Program-made: the position numbers and the translations under genes
In this document: positions 1-14,600 of the stretch, piece after piece
Layout of the letters: the number at the start of each line of letters is the position of its first letter
Position numbering within the stretch: position 1 is the first letter of the stretch
Assembly: GCA_020137815.1 (NCBI GenBank)
Contig: CM035356.1
Span: 3,162,001-3,226,000, forward strand
Direction of reading: 5' to 3'
Length of the DNA: 64,000 nt
From: Hormiphora californensis
Taxonomy: Eukaryota > Animalia > Ctenophora
Notes under the pieces: generated by a model
The model's database searches: none
Told to the model about the DNA's origin: nothing
What the model saw: only the letters and a program-made list of their open reading frames with translations

Positions 1-1
1 G

Positions 2-799
2 GACAAGTTCGAAATTCTCAACTACACCCTGAACAAAACAAAGCTTCTACGAGTTCTTCCCTTCAATGTGGAAAACTATCGATACTACAATACAAATGGT
101 GAGGACATTAGCCCTGCACACTGTGTGAAAGACCTGGGTATCCACATGACCAATGACGCATCGTGGACAACACACATCGGTATCATCACCAGAGAAACCA
201 AAAGATTAGCTGGATGGGTCCTAGGAGTGTTCAGAGACAGATCTACAGCAACCATGGTTACCTTACTGAAATCGCTCATTCGGCCGAAGCTAGAATACTG
301 CTCGCCACTATGGTCGCCATGCCAAACTGGCGAGATTGCAAAGATCGAGGGAATCCAACGTTTCTTCACACGGAGAATCACAGACTGTGAAGGCATGAAT
401 TACTGGGAACGATTAGCCCACCTCAGGATACTTTCTTTGCAGAGAAGACGGGAAAGATACATGATCATACATATGTGGAAGATATACAAGGGGCTAGCAC
501 CTAATAGCACGAACATATCCTTCTACGTCCACCATCGACACGGTCCGAAAGCAGTTGTCCCTCGGATCATCACATCGGCACAGAAATCAGTGCAGACGCT
601 ACGGGATGCATCATTCGGAGTTAGAGCGGTTCAACTCTTTAACAGGATGCCCGAGGAAGTACGGCTGGCAACATCAATCGAGAACCTAAAAGTCACACTT
701 GGAGACTTCCTTGCTACCATACCAGACTTTCCACCTGTCAGAGGATACTCGAGCCCTAGAGATAACTCCCTTGTTGCCCTGCTCACTGAGGGGAAGTAG
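2..799 (+). mobile_element. Non-LTR retrotransposon (CR1/L2-group LINE) ORF2 C-terminus, 5'-truncated by the window edge
   Basis: Frame is open from base 2 (DKFEIL...). Post-RT motifs KDLGI, KSLIRPKLEYCSPLWSP, KIEGIQRFFTR, YWERL..L...SLQRRRERY and LFNRMP are typical of CR1/L2-group RT C-termini. Confidence 0.9.
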
Positions 800-883
800 T
801 TCACTCATATAGGGAATATCATTTTATCACGCGGAAGCTCTGCTGAGTGCGTTGTATTCATTTGTTATGTATACTAAAACTTA

Positions 884-916
884 TTTGTAATCTTGTAATC
901 TTGTAATCTTGTAATC
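884..916 (+). repeat. (TTGTAATC)n 3' tail of the LINE
   Basis: Four tandem 8-bp units about 85 bp after the ORF2 stop; CR1-group elements end in short tandem repeats. Confidence 0.7.
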
Positions 917-1220
917 GTTTTGGAAAACGAGCGGAGGTGCCAACATGACCCAAAGTTACAAAGCCCCACCAACTGCACCCAATCGTCTGTTGTCAAGAAG
1001 ATCGAAGTTTCAAAACTCCTTTGCCTCTAGAGCAACCAGACTGTAAAATACTTTACCAAGTGAGGTAAGGTAAACTCAGCAAAAGACCTGGCCGAGTTCC
1101 AGTCAGTATTTACAGGAGAGCCCCGAGTGATCACTGATCTTCCTTTGGACGAAACTGAATTTAACTTGGTCAATTATTTCATTTTTTTGTTTTCGGTTTT
1201 TTGCACACAAACCGTTCCAC

Positions 1221-1335
1221 TAGACTCCATTTTTTTCAACTGTTCACCCCCAAAGTCGTGCGCGGAATTGTTTTGCGCGCGACAAAAATTCTAAATTTCA
1301 GTTTTTGGGTGAACAGTTGAAAAAAATGGACTTTA
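1221..1335. mobile_element. Short MITE, related to the copy at 39974-40128
   Basis: Inverted repeats tccattttttt-caactgttcaccc / gggtgaacagttg-aaaaaatgga. Internal cgtgcgcggaattgttttgcgc closely matches the reverse complement of 40071-40092. Confidence 0.6.
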
Positions 1336-1652
1336 GGGGCTTATGAAGAATTTGATTCACATTCACCCTGTGTCCAAGTTTCTTTCGACTAAGTGAATAT
1401 GCCTGATGCCCCTAGTGGTTTTTAAAAATCTTGAAACCAAAACTTTATGGACATGTCAGTCCACGGAGGGGGGTTGTTTTGTTCAAACCCTATTATAAAT
1501 TTGTTTGTTATTTATTGAGATGTACGGCCATCACTTTTTATGACCATTACCTCCGTCTTCTGCATATGGCGCCGTTGCGCTCGAGAAGGGGGCTGACTGT
1601 CAACAAATGACAACCCCACCCCGAGTTACAGTACTGATTGTCACTCTATGAC

Positions 1653-2059
1653 TAAAGTGTAAGCGAAACTAAAACAAACCCCCTGCGCGGCTCAAATTGA
1701 ACGTTTTTGGTCATAACTCCGTCAATTCTTGACCAAATCGCATAAATTTGGGCTCGTTGGAAAGCCCTGAATGTCCTCTTGCCAATGAATCCAAGTTTGT
1801 GTAATTTGGTTAAGAATTGACGTAGTTATGACCCAAAACGTGCCAAACAGTGCTGAAAAAGTACATTGGGTGATTTTGGGTCATAACTCGGTCAATTCTT
1901 GACCAAATAGCACGAACTTGGATTTATTGGCAAGAGGACATTCAGGGCTTTCCAACGAGCTCAAATCTATGCGATTTGGTCAAGAATTGACGGAGTTATG
2001 ACCAAAAACGTTCAATTTGAGCCGTGCAGGGGGTTCGTTTTAGTTTCGCTTACACTTTA
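1653..2059. mobile_element. About 407-bp palindromic MITE just upstream of the alpha-actinin start
   Basis: Ends taaagtgtaagcgaaactaaaac / gttttagtttcgcttacacttta; near-complete internal inverted symmetry. Confidence 0.8.
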
Positions 2060-2166
2060 CCTCCAAGTATTACAGTGCTAGCTGCCCCCCCCCCCAGTGT
2101 TACAGTGCTGACCCCCAGTGTTACAGTACTGACCCCCTCCCCCTCCTGTCACACCAGTTTGTAGCG

Positions 2167-2983
2167 ATGAGTGACCGCGACGTGGACTCACAGAACGAAG
2201 AAGAGAATGACAAGGCGGGCCTGCTAGACACCGCATGGCAGAGACAGCAGGAAAAGGTAACTTGATTTATCAATTACCGTAACTCTTTCTCCCGAGCATC
2301 CCGGTAAATCGGGATCCGACTACAGTAGTAGGTTGTTCCGGAACCTCTGGGACAACCTACCACATCACATTGTGTTCGTGTTGTGTTCATGTGCACATGA
2401 TGTAGTAATCCAAACAGCTGTTGTAAGTGTGGTGATTTAGACGGAACTGTCAGCCAAGCAGGACTAACCAACATGAGGGGGGATGAAAGAACATGAATAT
2501 TGAAAACTACAATTAAAATCAAAGTAATGAGAATCAGAGCAGAATCATACCAGGTGTGTTTTTTGTGTCTATGTCAAGTTCATTGACCGTGTTCTGCGGA
2601 TGACTTTCACAGCGTGAACGAGAAGGGGCCGGGGGCGGTCCCTCTTTGTTTTATCTCCACAACCCGCTACTGTACTAGGTGGTGCAGGTCATTGTCCTTT
2701 CACCCTGATATTGAACTTGGATTAATTGTATAACATGTTAGCTGTAAATAGTAGATGGCGTGCAATTAAAAAACAATAGATGAAGTGTGCATGGATCAAA
2801 TCCATACCGCGTTTACCCATAAAAAGGGTCTTACCCACCCTCTTCCACTTCTTCGACTCATGTCTTTCTGTATTCTGTCTGCAGTCCATTCACCTTCAGG
2901 TTAGTCTGTGACCTCTCTATACCTATCTATTTTCCTCTCTCAGCTCTCTCACTCTCTCACTCTCCCTCCCTCTCTCCCCTCTC

Positions 2984-3049
<66 letters not shown>

Positions 3050-3185
3050 TCTCCCTCTCTCTCCCTCTCTCTCCCTCTCTCTCTCCCTCCCTCTCCCCCT
3101 CCCTCTCTCTCTAAAGTACACACCCACTCTGCTCTCCCTCTCTCTTTCTCTCTCTCCCTCTCTCTCTAAAGTACACACCCACTCT

Positions 3186-3259
<74 letters not shown>

Positions 3260-3270
3260 AGTCTCACTTC

Positions 3271-3353
<83 letters not shown>

Positions 3354-4091
3354 CTCTCTCATTCTCTCTCTTTCTCTCTCATTCTCCTTCTATCTCTCTC
3401 TCTCTCTCCCCCTCTCTCTCTCTCTAAAGTACATACCCACTCTGCTCTCCCACCTTTCCCTCCCACTGCTACACATCATTCGTTGCTTTTCTCAACACCA
3501 TCCCCCCCATTCTATCTATCCCACTAACCACTTGCTGAGTTCTCTCCTTAGCACGGCGCCCCTTAGCTCTGTCACTACTACTCTCCTGTTCGAAGAGGCT
3601 TTCCATAAATTATGGTGATCTCCTCCCCTGGATTTGAGAGTAGAGGGGGCACATTTGCATTATAATAGCCCGCTTACCAAGTGTGAGCTCCTATCGTTTG
3701 TGTGGTGTTCTACCTAGACACCCTTCTTTGTAGGACACAACGTGACCTATCCAAGCCTCCTCCCATGAATATATTGTGAGCCCTAATTAGCCAATAATTT
3801 CCCGTTTCTAAAGAAGACAATGTGCTAGGTTTGTTGCTTATTATCAGAAGTCTTAAAACTTAAAAGATAATAGCTCCCAACTCCTCCCAATGTCCTCTTA
3901 GTTTCTCCAGGGACAAAAGTTCTAGGAGCTACAAATAAAGAAATTAAGAAGTAGAGGGAAGACAAAGAAATTGGACAGAGATAGATCGAGGATAAGTTAG
4001 AAAAATAGAGTTCTCTATTCCTCTGAGCAGAACTTACTCGTATTGGCCGCAAGACCTACTTAGAGAGACAGAGACAGAGAGAGTAAGTCTA

Positions 4092-4151
<60 letters not shown>

Positions 4152-4747
4152 ATAATAGAGTAATAACAGAGAGAATAAACTTACTTAGATTGTATAGCAG
4201 AGACCTGCACAGGTAAATATAGAACACTCTTTGAAGCTTCGTACTACTTTTGTTGCTACAATTTCTTGTTGGCATGGGTTTCCTAGACAAACAGTGGGAC
4301 AGACAGCAACATTTTGTAAGTACAAATAGTGGGACAGACAGCAACATTTTGTAAGTACAGTGGGACAGACAGCAACATTTTGTAAGTACAAACAGTGGGA
4401 CAGACAGCAACATTTTGTAAGTACAAACAGTGGGACAGACAGCAACATTTTGTAAGTACAAACAGTGGGACAGACAGCAACATTTTGTAAGTACAAACAG
4501 TGGGACAGACAGCAACATTTTGTAAGTACAAACAGTGGGACAGACAGCAACATTTTGTAAGTACAAACGGTGGGACAGACAGCAACATTTTGTAAGTACA
4601 ACCAGTGGGACAGACAGCAACATTTTGTAAGTAAGAATTTGGGGACTGTGGGAGATAAAAAAGTGTATTTTTCGAGGCGTCTCTATAATCTCTTTTCCAT
4701 GTATCCATCTCTTTATCCTCACTGTCCTTGCTCTCTCTCACTCTCTG

Positions 4748-4786
<39 letters not shown>

Positions 4787-7700
4787 GTGTCTGTCTATAT
4801 TGGTCTCTCACTATCCTCTACACCACGTCTCTCCAGAAGCTCCTATATGCTCTCGTTTGTATACCATCAGCTAGAACATTATAGTGCATAGCTTAGTTAT
4901 ACTTTGTTATGTTCTAACACAGTCTAGCTAGGCAAGTTATACTACTATCTTGTGGACTCCTTTTTGCTTTTAAATTGTATCAAACTCCCATCTAGTCATC
5001 TTGAAACATATCTCATCCTTACTACATTACGATTTCTTCTCCAGCTCGGTATATATAGTGATTTCTCGAAATGACGGCTGTTTCTATCAAGGTCGCCTCA
5101 GACCTACTAAGAGGTGTCACCACTCCCCACCTCGACAGCAAATGGGAGAAGATGGAGTTAAAGGTGCAGGGCCGGCTGCTAATAGCGCTCTAATAGGCGC
5201 TGCTAATAGCGCTCTACTGGGGGGGGGGTCTCATGTTGGTTGTTGTTAGTAAAGAGACCCCCCCCCCCGCTCTAATAGGCAGCTCTAGCTGCTAATAGCG
5301 CTCTACTTTGCCTTGTTCGATCCTCTCTTTTGAACAAAACAAGCTCCTTTTTTAGGAAGCTCTAGCCGCTAACCATATATCAGGGGAGGGGACTGCTAAT
5401 CAGCGCCACACTACTGCTGAAATAATTAGCCATCTCACTTTTCTATAAAAAACCTTTAATTTTGACAGACAGAGACAGAAACAGACGCAGAGACAGACAC
5501 AAACAGAGACAGACACAGACACAGACAGAGACACCGACTAACAATGATAACCACTCTCAGTATCAGTCATATTAGGACAACAAGAGTCAATAACAGCGGC
5601 TGTTGTTAGTTTAGGGACATTTCAGAGTTCTACTTTCAGAGGTCTATTCCCTGGAGAGAAGCTCCTTTTCATCGCTTCAATTAGCAAATACATGTCATCA
5701 GATGTGTGTACATCCAGTAGACGTACCTCTCTCTATATCTCTCTTTCTTGCTCTCTTTTTCTTGCTCTCTCTCTCTCTCTCTCCCCTGTCTCTCCCCCTC
5801 CCTCTCTCTCTCTCTCCCTATCTCAGTTTATGGAAAGCTTGCTTGCCATCAGAGGATGTAAGATTCACTCATCTCTCCTAATATACACTCGATAAAGGGA
5901 GAGAAATAGAGAGGGAGAGTCGAGAGAGAGAGAGAGGGGGCTGAGTTAGAGAGAGAGAGAGAGGGGAGAAGGGGAAGCTGTCCCTTACACACCGGGGGGG
6001 GGGGGGGGGGGGCACATATATTCATTTGGAAGCCGTCAAATATATGCTTGGAATGTTAGTGGGGCCTAGTAACATGGGCTGTAGTAATAATAATAGGGTG
6101 ATAGAGAGGAAAATGACTGAATAAAGAGAGGACAAAAGAATATTTGGTGTCCAGGATTGAGAAACACGTTATTATTATAACATCCCTCCTCTCGTCCTAT
6201 TACTCTTTCTTCATCTGTCTATTTCGCCCAGATTTGCATAAAATATTCATTATTCAATTTATTGCTGGGGGCTAAACCACTGAACTGGATTCTTGGGTTA
6301 TAACCGGGCTATATTCTGCTTAATCGGGGCCCAGTAAATCGAGGCCCAGTAACGGGGTCCGACTGTAACCGGGCTATATAACCATACTGATAAACAGCCG
6401 GACGACTCTTAGTATAGTTCACTTCTCAGTGCTGGATCATCAGCATATTTAGAGCTACAGCACTTCAAGATTTCTGCAAATACAAAATCTCCCTGTTTAA
6501 CACCCTTTCCTCCCCTCTAACTCCCCCTTTCCTCCCCCTTCAAACACCCTCAAACCCCCTATGTAACACCACTTCCTCCCTCAAACTCCCTAGATGTAAC
6601 ACCCTCCCCTCCCCTCAGACGTTTACAGCGTGGTGTAACTCACATTTGAGGAAGGTCGGGATTCACATTGATAGTGTAACTCAGGATTTCCGATGTGGTG
6701 TAAACTTGGTGAAACTCTTGGAGGTGAGTTAATAACAGGAACCGATCAAATCAGGAAATACTGGTCCCTGATTGGCTGATAACCAGTCACGTGACCTAAA
6801 TAACGAGTTCTGATTGGTTGTTTACTTGTTTCGGTCGGTTCCTGGTTAATAAGTTTAATTAAGGATATCTTCAAGATGGTTACTAGATATTATCTTTTAG
6901 GTAAGGTTTTAATTAATTGGCAATTATGGTGTATAGGAGAATCTTTAGCTAGGGATTTGGCTTGTAAAGAGTGGTTCCTAACAGCTGTTATAGTAGGTGT
7001 GAGATATTCACTGAGAAAACAGATTCTGAAATGAGTTCTACAGAAGGGGGTGTATTATAATGAAGTGATCTTCCAATTTGGAAAAAGAGACAGGGGCTCC
7101 ATAAATAAGGAGAGAAGGAGGAGAGCTATATATCGATCTCTCATGTGCGGTTGGAAATCCTGGATAATTTATGCAGTAATAATATTGCGTAGACAATCCA
7201 TTTACACGTCACCATATAGAGTTAACAGAGAATTTAGACAGACAGACAAACCGATAGTTGGATTTATATTGACTGTCAGAGTGACAGGGTAATATTAATG
7301 TTGAAAACAGACAGACAAAGAGATAGCTAGAAACTAGCAACCCAGTTTACCAGTTGATACAAACTTAGGTTCCCACATCCCTAACCAGATTGTGTTTGCT
7401 AGGTGATTTCTGGGGGCGAGATCGCCAGGTTAGAGACGGGCAGGATGAGAATTCACAAGGTTAACAATGTCAGGAAAGCTCTGGATTTTGTGTCTGGCCA
7501 GGGAGTCAACCTGATTGGAATTGGCGCTGAGGGTGAGTTATTATCAGATCTGTTTGTTTGTTTGTAGATCTGTTTGTATGATTATTTGGATTTTGGTTTG
7601 TCTGTTTGTCTGTTATCGTTCTGTTTGTCTGTCTGTCTGTGAAGGAACAACTGCTTGTCTGTCTCTATTTCATATTGCTGTCTGTAATAGTACCGGAGAA

Positions 7701-7922
7701 TAGGGAGAGGAAGAGAGCGAGAGATAGGTATAGAAAAGAGGAGAGAGAGAGGGAAATAGAGCGCTGCAAAGTGAGAGATAAATCTGGTATTTCCTGCACA
7801 AATGACACAGGGAGAGTACATTTCTGGCATGGTACACCCTATCATTCTATCTCTCTCAATCCTCCTCTTATTCTCTCTCTCTCTCTCTCTCTCTCGCTCT
7901 CTCTCGCTCTCTCTCGCTCTCT

Positions 7923-7971
<49 letters not shown>

Positions 7972-9539
7972 TTGGTTTGGTTTGGTAGGATTACGGTATA
8001 GCCACTAAGCAGCCAGCTACTGTCGGCACCGTGTTATTATAATATTTATATGAAAGACCCGAAGGAGACGCAGGTGCTCAGTACCACCATATTGTCAACA
8101 CTTCAGATATAAAGGGATTTTGAAAAGTGTAAGATTTCAGTTTGAGATCGGGAAGAGGGGCAGAACTATGGAAGGGATTTGGGCTGGTTCTAGATCCCTA
8201 CATCCTGGGGAGTAGGACGGGATGCCGACCAGTGATCACGATCACATCAGACAGACAGTCTGAGTTGACCGACACGGATACGTGTGTAGGAAGTACGTGA
8301 AGCCGAAAAAAGTATAAAGCTAGCGAGACTCTGTCCTTCGCACAGTGTCAAGATTTAAACATGCAGGGGATGCAAAAGAAAGGGTAATAAGAGCACGCCC
8401 CGAAGGACTGAAAATCGGTCATAGTGTCTGTCGTCGACGGGGTCAGTTCTCACTCCTCAAGCACTCGTTCTCGGTTTGTGGATTGTCTTGTTAGTACTGT
8501 CAAGAGAGCTAGTCCAAGACTAGGTGAAACCAACACCTCTATCTGGCTGGACAAGGGTGCGATCTGGATTGCTCCTATAATCGAAACTGTCAATTTGACA
8601 GAATGACTATAGCGAGAGAGATAGATAGATAAACCACTGTGACCTGTGCGTGACTGGGATGACGAAGGGGTAAGATAACCCAGATGACGTGACTGAGCGG
8701 CGATTGAGTTACCGTCTCATGATTGAACCATGTAAATGGCGACTTGCCATCCATTGTAGAGATAACCACGTGGAGATGAAGGGTTGAGATGGCTGGGAAC
8801 GATACATTGTGAGAGAGAAAGAAATAGTGTCTCTCCCTCTTTCTCTCTCACTCTCTCTCTTTCTCTCTCTTCTGGTCGGCGGCTATCTTCTAGCCATCTG
8901 CTGTAATGTAACACCGGGCCGTAAAACTGGAAAGTAAAAGCTTCCATGACCATTTGAGAAGGGTTATAAAACGTGATGGTATGTATACCACCATACACCA
9001 TGGTGTTGTGTAGCTCACACTGAGGGTTCGGCGGACTATGGTGTGCAGTTTCTTGGTCAAATTTCAGTCTCAAAGCTCTCTAACTTCTATCAGCTACTCT
9101 CTCCAAGTTTAATATAATTTGTACTACGTGTGTCTAGCTAGAACCAGATTGTACTACCATATCAAGACGGTGTGCAATAATTACCTGAAACGATTTGACC
9201 TATTTGGACAATATATTAGTATAAACTCGACAGACTCAATAACTGTCTATTACTAGCAAGATTAGGGATGGACCCAGGCTAAGGGGGTGAGGCTGACTTG
9301 GTTACGAAATAATCCCTCTACAGACCTTCGCGTGTGCTGGCAAGGGAGGGGTTATTTCGTAATCAAGGGCTAAGGGGGTGGGGGAATGCATCGCCAGCCG
9401 TCTCTACCCTGACTCCCCCTTGTCCTAGCTCTTCCTCCAAGTTACACGGGACCTGGTTGACGCTAGGGTGTGTATGTGGAACTAAGCGTGTTAGTATGAA
9501 ACACTACACGCAAACATCTGGTACACCCGCCCTTTAACT

Positions 9540-9634
<95 letters not shown>

Positions 9635-11585
9635 TCCTCCTACCCTCGTGCCCAATTAAGGTTATACATGTCAGTGTACCGTCCCTCTTCACCTGTTTTT
9701 GTCGATTAGTGGCACATGATTGGTCAATCCCACACTACACGTGACTGATTGAAGCTCTCTCATTGGTTCACGCCCATCACCCACAAGCAGGGATCGCCCT
9801 GATTCGTTAATGCACGCAGCTCAGATCTTGTCTAATTTAGAGCCCCCCCCCCCCTGTGTAAACACACACCTTGATCAGCGTTAGTGGTATCTCTCTCCCT
9901 CCCTTGATTATAATATGGGCCAGGGGGGGGGGGCGTGTTTGATATACGGAGAAAGTACAGAAAAGGAGAGAGAGAGAGATGTAGTGATAGAGTTTGTAGT
10001 GATAGAGAAAGAGATGTAGAGATATCACCAGTGATACACATGGTACACTCTGACCTGTATTCTCATGAGGAGCGAGGGGGATACAATATATTCCCCTGTT
10101 TACAAAGAAAAATACCAGCCAATATAATCGAAAGTGATCTTTAATTTATGTCCAAGCGGATTACTTATCCAGTAGCATGTTTTATCTTCCTTTCTTCAGT
10201 GTTAATTAGAATGTCCAAACAAACACTTTGGATTCCTCTCTAGCTATGAATCTCTGTTCAGTTCTAATAAGAACAGAAGCAACGCAAACGTAAGTTGTGA
10301 AACTAAAAATATAATTTGTTTAAGGTTGGCTAGGTTCCGTCACTTTCGCTTGGATTCAAGCATTACCCCGGTCCGGTCCAACCACCGGGTAACCCACTGC
10401 AGCTTGAAACCCTATACCGGTATGTGGTGTGTGTCGCGGAGGGCGCCGGGTCTCACAAGTAGGGATCTCCGCGCAGAACGCGCATACGAGTCTCCCGCGC
10501 TTCGCATGACTATTTTTTCAAAGACACCACATGCAGAAACCGTGACGAATCGTCACTGACGATAGAAGAGGTTTTCCACCTGAACCCTGAAATCAGATCT
10601 ATTAGTGAATAGATAAGAAATACTGGTCTGTGACATGGGTATTCTCGATTCGGGAGACAAAATGTGTAGCATTAGGACTGGTAGTGTCCCCATTGACCAG
10701 CTGCGGCCTCACGTAGCCGCACCGGGCCTTCGGCCCGGTGCGAAGAGGACGGTCTTATATGAGACAACAAGAAACACTCTCTCACTGAGAAACATCTCTC
10801 TAAAAGACTCTCAGAGAGATGTTTCATGCTGCCCCAGACTGAGACGGGATGGTAACTGGAATAACTATTATTAAAGGGACTGAGAGAGCTAAATTTATCT
10901 TCCAGCCTCATGGTATACTATCCCTCGTTCGCACTCTGAGAGAGGGGCATCTAGATGGCTCAGTTTTAATCACATGAAAGATGTGGTGGTCAAAAACCGT
11001 TACACACACAATCTTTGAAAAACGATCCATTTCACACACATCCTATTTGAAATCGAGTACCTACACGAGATGGTATTTCGTAAAGCCGAGAGTGATCTGT
11101 AAAGTGATCTGCTTGTTAAACCCCCTACAGGGTTCAATTATCAGACAAGTAGTTATGTTTAAACGATTGCTCTCTTGAGATAGAGATAGAGCGATAGAGA
11201 GAGAAAGAGATCCCATATACATTTCTACGGTTTGTATTTGTGACTCAGACTGCTTTGGCCCTCATTGAATATTATTTTCTCTGTGCATTGTTCACTTTCC
11301 AAAGATCTCTCTATCTTCCCTTAGTCCTTACAGACACTTTCGTTCTCTCTCTATCTCACTCGCTTTTTCGTTCTCTGTCCCTCTCACATCCCCCACTCCA
11401 TTTTTCCTCGTCCCTCCGCCCTTCTCTCCTCCCTCGTGGAAGAGGAAACCACTACAAAGCGCAATTATGTACGGCCGATGTACATTGATGGCTCCCTTAG
11501 ATCACGTGCCCACGTTTACAGGCTAATATTAGAGGGATAGAGAGAGATGGAGACTGAGAGGTGAGAGTGAGAGAGAGAGAGAGAG

Positions 11586-11639
<54 letters not shown>

Positions 11640-14600
11640 GGGGGGGAGCGTTTAGTGGCTTTTGTTTCCCTTTTCTGCTCGCCCCACTTCCGTTCTCCCT
11701 AAGTGTACAACATGAGTGTCTTATTTCTCCCGCGTTTCTTTTCGCTCTAATTCCCACGTGACTCATTACCATTTGCCAAGTTTTTCGAATTCTGCTTACA
11801 ACTTAACCTTTTGTTTTGCATTGTGTTCGTTAGCATAATTTGTTCTTTGTTCCTGCTAAACTCTAAATTATTAACTCCCCGTTTGAATCTTCTCACAGCA
11901 CCAACAGTAGCATCCTCTACCTCTTCATTATGGACGTCATTACTGATGACGTAACACCGTCATGGCAGACGAGGAATACGCCGCATCCTGTAACACCACC
12001 ACATCCTTTCTGTCGCAGTTCCGGGGCCAAGGCGAAGCTCTCCACCAAGCAAGTTCTTCTTGTTGTGGTGCCGGTACTGATGTCCAACGGAACGGGTATC
12101 TCACTAAAAAGGAGCTTGAGATGTTCCTCGCAGAGCTACTCATGGTAACCGGAGACATTCACTTCTCCCGGGATGAGATGGAGATGATGGCGGAGGGGGT
12201 GCTGGTTCAGTTTGACAGGAACTGCCACTAATAAACTGGAAATGTGGGAACTGACGGAGATTGTACCAGTGGAGGAGAATCTGCTGTTCAAGTTCAGGAC
12301 CCAAACGGCAATCACCTGGCCCTCAGTTTACCTCGACATGGCGGAAATATGATCCCTTCCGAGCGGGGCTCATGGAAGCTAGCTGATATACATGATTTCA
12401 TGTTGGACATTATCGGGCAGGTTTGTGATATGCAGCAAATAACGAGATCCAAACTGACGGAGTTGACCCGGAATGTAGTCGAGATATTAGATCTCAGAGT
12501 TGGGTCAAAGGTGAAAATGGCTGATATGGCATTTCTCCTCAACGTTGATTCGACCTTTATGAACTGCATCAAGAACGGAGAGAGACTGACGCGGAATGAG
12601 TTTAGCGAGTTTTTCGATCACTATGACGCGGATATGAACGGATTTATTGAGGGTAACTGAAGCTCATGTTACTCATGGGAGATCTCATGAGTCGGTTTGG
12701 TATTGAGTTGAATGCGACCACCCTCGCGGACACCTTGGGCAATGTCCTTCGATAGTTGTGATGTTGATGGAGATGGAAAGATCAATAAGGAGGAACTTGC
12801 CCTCCTCTTCTCTCACATCGACCCAGAGAGCTACATTTGGGGTGCGTGATATAATGGGGGTCATTGGGTCATGGGGTGCGTGATCTATGGGCATGTGGGA
12901 TGTGTGCTATATCCGTGGGGCCGGGGTTTCGTGGAGATGACAGGTTACAGTTGCCCAATGGGTTAGGGGGTGTCCGGGTTAGCGTATAATGGTGTATATA
13001 GGATTTGGGACTTCTTTTTCTTATTGGGAATTGGGACTGTATACAATTGGTTCTGATTCTCATGAGGGGGTGGGGGATGATCATCGTAGACCCTCAATGA
13101 TAACAACCCTATGCTATATTAACCCCCCTCTCTCCTTCCTCAGAGATGAGTGCCAAGGAGGGTCTACTGCTGTGGTGTCAGAAAAAGACTGCTCCGTATA
13201 AGAATGTGAATGTAACCAACTTCCACACCAGTTTCAAAGATGGCCTCGCCTTCTGTGCACTTATTCACAGGTATTTTACCAGCCGATTTGAAAACAATAA
13301 TTGTTCCCGGTTAACTCCGTTAAAAATCCATTAACCCAATATGATACCCCCTGTTGTAACCCCCTTACCCCATATCAAACACCCATATCATAGCCCTATT
13401 GTTACCCCTCCCCTCTCCCCTTCAGACACCGTCCTGATTTGATAGATTATAATCACCTGAGAAAGGATAACCCCGTCTACAACCTCCAATACGCATTTGA
13501 GGTCGCTGAGAAGGAACTGGATATCCCAATAATGTTGGACGCAAATGGTATGTCTGGGGTCTAGTATCCATGGTTACCATGGTTACCATGGGTTATCTCC
13601 CCATCAGGGATCAATTGTGTTATTAGCACAACTTCCTGAGTTTGGGCCACGAAGATCTTGAATCATTGTTGTTGTCTAATTATCAACCTCGATATAACAT
13701 TTTACATTACAGATATCGCCACGACAATGCGACCGGATGAGCGGGCCATCATGACCTACGTGTCCTCGTACTACCATGCCTTTGCAAGTCACCAGCAGGC
13801 CTCCCAAGCTGCTAACAGGATCTGCAAAGTGCTCCACGTGAATCAGGAGAATGAGCACCTTATGGAGGAGTACGAGTCACTCGCATCAGGGGTAGGTAGA
13901 GGGGGTGGGGTAAGAGAATCTTTCTCCCCCTCTCTAACATGATTTCCTCTCTCTCTCTCTAACATGATTTCCTCCCCTCTCTAACATGATTTCCCCCTCT
14001 CTAACATGATGTTCTTCCTCTCTAACATGATTTCCTACTCTCTCTCTCTAACATGATTTCCTCTCTCTCTCCCTAACATGATTTCCTCCCCTCTCTAACA
14101 AGTAACATGATTTGCTCCCTCTCTCTCTAACACTTCTCCCCATTTCAGCTGCTTGAGTGGATTAACCACATGATCCCCTGGATTGACCAGATGAGGGAAC
14201 ACAGGGCCACTAGTATCGATGAGGTTAAAGCAAGGCTGGAGGAATTCAGAACTTATCGGTATGTCTTGATTGTAGGGGTGTGTTCCGAACTTATCGGTAT
14301 GTCTAGATTGTAGGGGGAGTGTTCCGAACTTATCGGTATGTCTTGATTGTATGGTGTGTTTCAGCTTGTCCTAAGACATGGTTTATTGCATGCTGTTTAC
14401 ATCGTAACCAGCAATCTGTATTAGCTTTGCTATCCGTTATCGAACGCATGACTTGACTTGTTCGACACTCCCTCAAAAAAGGGTTTTGAACAAAACAACG
14501 CATGACTACCTATCTGTTAAACTTGCATGTAACCCAACAAATATGTGTAATCTCAGGTTTCCTAACGGTGTATCTAGGTAATTGTAACCCTTTAATTAAA

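Noticed and set aside
4060-4741. Long Cys-rich repetitive ORFs
   Set aside because: Translations of a 35-bp minisatellite open in several frames; intronic.
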